From the NCBI RefSeq assembly GCF_963921235.1, contig NC_086097.1, positions 129,086,001-129,150,000 of the forward strand: 64,000 nucleotides of DNA, given 5' to 3'. The translations under genes were made by a program, and so were the position numbers. The notes under the pieces are model-generated. The model did no database searches. It saw nothing but the letters and a program-made list of their open reading frames with translations, and was not told where the DNA came from. The first letter of the stretch is position 1. Each line of letters opens with the position of its first letter. This DNA comes from Mobula hypostoma (Eukaryota). Shown in pieces: positions 61,321 to 64,000 of this stretch.

Positions 61321-62234
61321 AGAGGCCCAGACATCAACCAGACGCCAACACCATGACCCAAGCCTCACTGAAAAGCTGCTTCTGCACTTGTCAACTCTGA
61401 ACATCAGTATGCAAGATCTGGAGTGTATTGTAGAAAGCCCCCTGTCTCCACCAATCACACTTCATGTCACTTGTGCCACAGAATGCATCACACTAATGAA
61501 AGAATCCTGCAAGAGAACCACAATCTTGTCATGGTTTGGGGGCTTGTGTGCCTCAATGACTCAGAGAGCTATGCTGGCTGGAGTCAGGGCCTTATGCTTT
61601 GGCTCTTGGTAGGGTCACCCATGCCAGAGAGGTCAAAGGGTACAGGCAGACTAAGAGTGGTCCACCAGTCCTCCGGATTTGGGGGTGCAGCTCAGGGCTA
61701 ACCTTGACTGATCAAGCAAAACTGTTATGGAAAAAGCAATGAAGTATTCTTCTACTTCTGTGTATGACAGTATTCCTGCGTCTCCACCCGGGACTTGCAT
61801 GGCTGACAGTAGTGAAAGCCTCTGACTCCACAAAGGCAGCACTGAACACTGCCACCAAGGACAGACAGAGATGGAGGATCTTCATTGCTGGACAAAACTC
61901 CAGTGGTGTAACAGGCAGTAGGTAAGTAAGTACAGAAAGAATCTTTCGAAGGCCCCTTTTTAAAGATTCATTCACTGAAGCACTGTGCAATGAGATCTCA
62001 GTATTTGTAGGGTCAATTTCAAGAGAGAAAAGTGTTTTTTTGTTATTGCTGACTGAGCAGACTTTAATCATGCTCCTGGAACTTAGCATCATCAAAAAAG
62101 CACAGCAAAGAACCGATGGAGACAGAAGAGACTCCAGATGCTGGAATCTGGAGCAACACACAACTTGCTGAAAGATCTCAGCAGGTCAAGCAGCATCGAT
62201 GGGAGCAAAGAAACTGTCAACATTTTATTGAGTA

Positions 62235-62578
62235 ATAGAGTCATAGAACATTACAGCACAGAAACAGGTACTTTGGCTTATCTAGTCTATGCTGAACCAT
62301 TTAAACTGCCTAATTCCATCGAATTACACTGAGACCATAGCCCTCCATACCCCTACCAACCATGCACATATCTAAACCTCTCTTAAGTGTTGAAATTAAG
62401 CTCGAATGCGCCACTTGTGCAGGCAGCTCATTCCACACACTCACAGCCCTCTGACTGAAGAAATTTTCCCTCATGTTCCCCTTAAACTTTTCATCTTTCA
62501 CCCTTCGCCCATGATATCTGATTGTAGTCCCACCCAACTTCAATGGAAAAAGCCTGCTTGCCTTTACCATACATACAT

Positions 62579-62621
<43 letters not shown>

Positions 62622-62880
62622 TATATATGTATATCCCTCATAATTTTGTATACCTCTATCACATCTCTTCTCAATCTTCTATGTTCCAAGCAATAAATTC
62701 CTATCCTATTCAATCTTTTCTTATAACTCAGGTCCTCCAGACCCAGCCACATCCTTGAAAATTTTCTCTGTACTCTTTGAACATTATTTCCATCTTTGCT
62801 ATAGGTAGGTGACCAAAACTGCACGTAATACTCTAAATTAGGCCTCACCAATGTCCTGTACAACTTCAACATAACATTTT
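62235..62880 (-). mobile_element. CR1 3' fragment containing a (CA)n microsatellite at 62582-62616
   Basis: MLKLYRTLVRPNLEYYVQFWSP and RENFFSQRAVSVWNELP. Confidence 0.88.
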
Positions 62881-63542
62881 GGGTGGAAACCCTGCCTCTT
62901 GACTGGAACTCCTGATGCTGTTGAATCCAATGAGATCTGGTGTCAGCACAGAAAGAGGTCCAATCCATCCATGCCACAGTGATGTTCATCTGCACTAATC
63001 CCATTTGCCTCTACTGCTCCATGCAATGGCCACCATTTCTGTACCTGTCCAAAAGATACTTAAATACCATAATTGCACCTGCCCTATCACCACTGCTGGT
63101 AGTTTGTTCCAGATAACCACTGTGTAGAAAACCACATCCTTCAGATCTCCTTTAAACGTCTCCACTCTCACTCTAAACCTGTCCCTCTAGTACAGCCCTC
63201 TATTCCAGACACCATCCAGGTGAATTTCTTCTGAACTCTTTCTATTACTACCACATCCTTCCTGCAGGGTTTCAACCAGAATTATATACAATACTCCAAA
63301 TGTTTTGTATCTCTGCAACATGACATTCCAATTCTTACGCTCAATGCATCAGCCTCTGGGGGCAAAGATACCAGATTTCTTGTTCACTGTTCTCTCCACC
63401 TGCATCACCACTTTCAGTGAGCTAGAGACTTACATTCCAAGATCCCTCTGTACATCCAAAATTCCCAGAGACAAAAATCTGAAAGTGCAGTCAATTCATC
63501 ATTACTACAGTCAAGCACTACATATTGAGTGAGTTGGAACAC

Positions 63543-64000
63543 TCAAAGGTTCAAAGGTCCAATTTTATGTCAGAGAAATGTACACAATATACATTCTGAA
63601 ATGTTTTTTCTTCACAAACATCTACGAAAACAGAGAAGTGCCCCAAAGAATGAACAACAGTTAAACGTGAGAACCCCAAAGTCTCCAACTCCCCCCTCCC
63701 ACGCGTAAGCGGCAGTGAGCAACAACCCCCTCCCCCCCCACCAGCAAATAAAAAGCAAGCATCGGGACCGCCAACAAGCACTCCAGCGTGAGCAAGGCAA
63801 TAGCAAAGACACAGTCTTGAAGTTACCACAAAAACTTCGCGTTTCATCCGGCATTTGACATACCACAGGTTCTCTCTCTCCTTGATAAGGGAGAGGAAGG
63901 TTTCTCCATTTTCCCAGCGAGCGGGGAGACATAACAACAACTCGCTGGTTTACAATGTTAAAAGTCCATTACATTGCTTTTTTCGAGCTCTGTGCCTGAA
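63543..64000 (-). repeat. Retroposon 3' end with (CCTTTGAA)n Rex-like tail, runs off the window
   Basis: tcaaaggttcaaaggtccaattttatgtcagag at the boundary. Confidence 0.55.

Noticed and set aside
61712..62161. 149-aa minus-strand ORF
   Set aside because: It spans an RTE-related repeat, unique AT-rich DNA and a PLE repeat end, with no recognisable domain or splice support.

Overview
This is vertebrate genomic DNA, almost certainly from a cartilaginous fish; the repeat families suggest a ray (inference). More than half of the window is decayed transposable elements: CR1, Rex1/Babar, RTE, Penelope-like, SINEs, solo LTRs, one Gypsy element, and Tc1, hAT and probable Harbinger remnants. Nearly all ORFs in the supplied track are fragments or antisense shadows of these. 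One host gene crosses the window on the minus strand. Three GT-AG coding exons (49170-49097, 43760-43643, 38403-38164) splice in frame into a 144-codon segment that I recognise from memory as OFCC1/ojoplano (opo); I found no further exons. The most notable non-routine signals are: (i) a minimal hammerhead-ribozyme motif, recoverable as a consensus from about 8 decayed Penelope-like terminal repeats; (ii) a Gmr1-type Gypsy element with integrase upstream of RT, nested in a Penelope insertion that is itself inside a Rex1 LINE, with target-site duplications visible for both insertions; (iii) a probable Harbinger transposase fossil; (iv) repeat-free intronic islands that are candidate enhancers. 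I cannot support a claim of a wholly new biological system. Repeat boundaries are approximate unless TSDs or termini are quoted.
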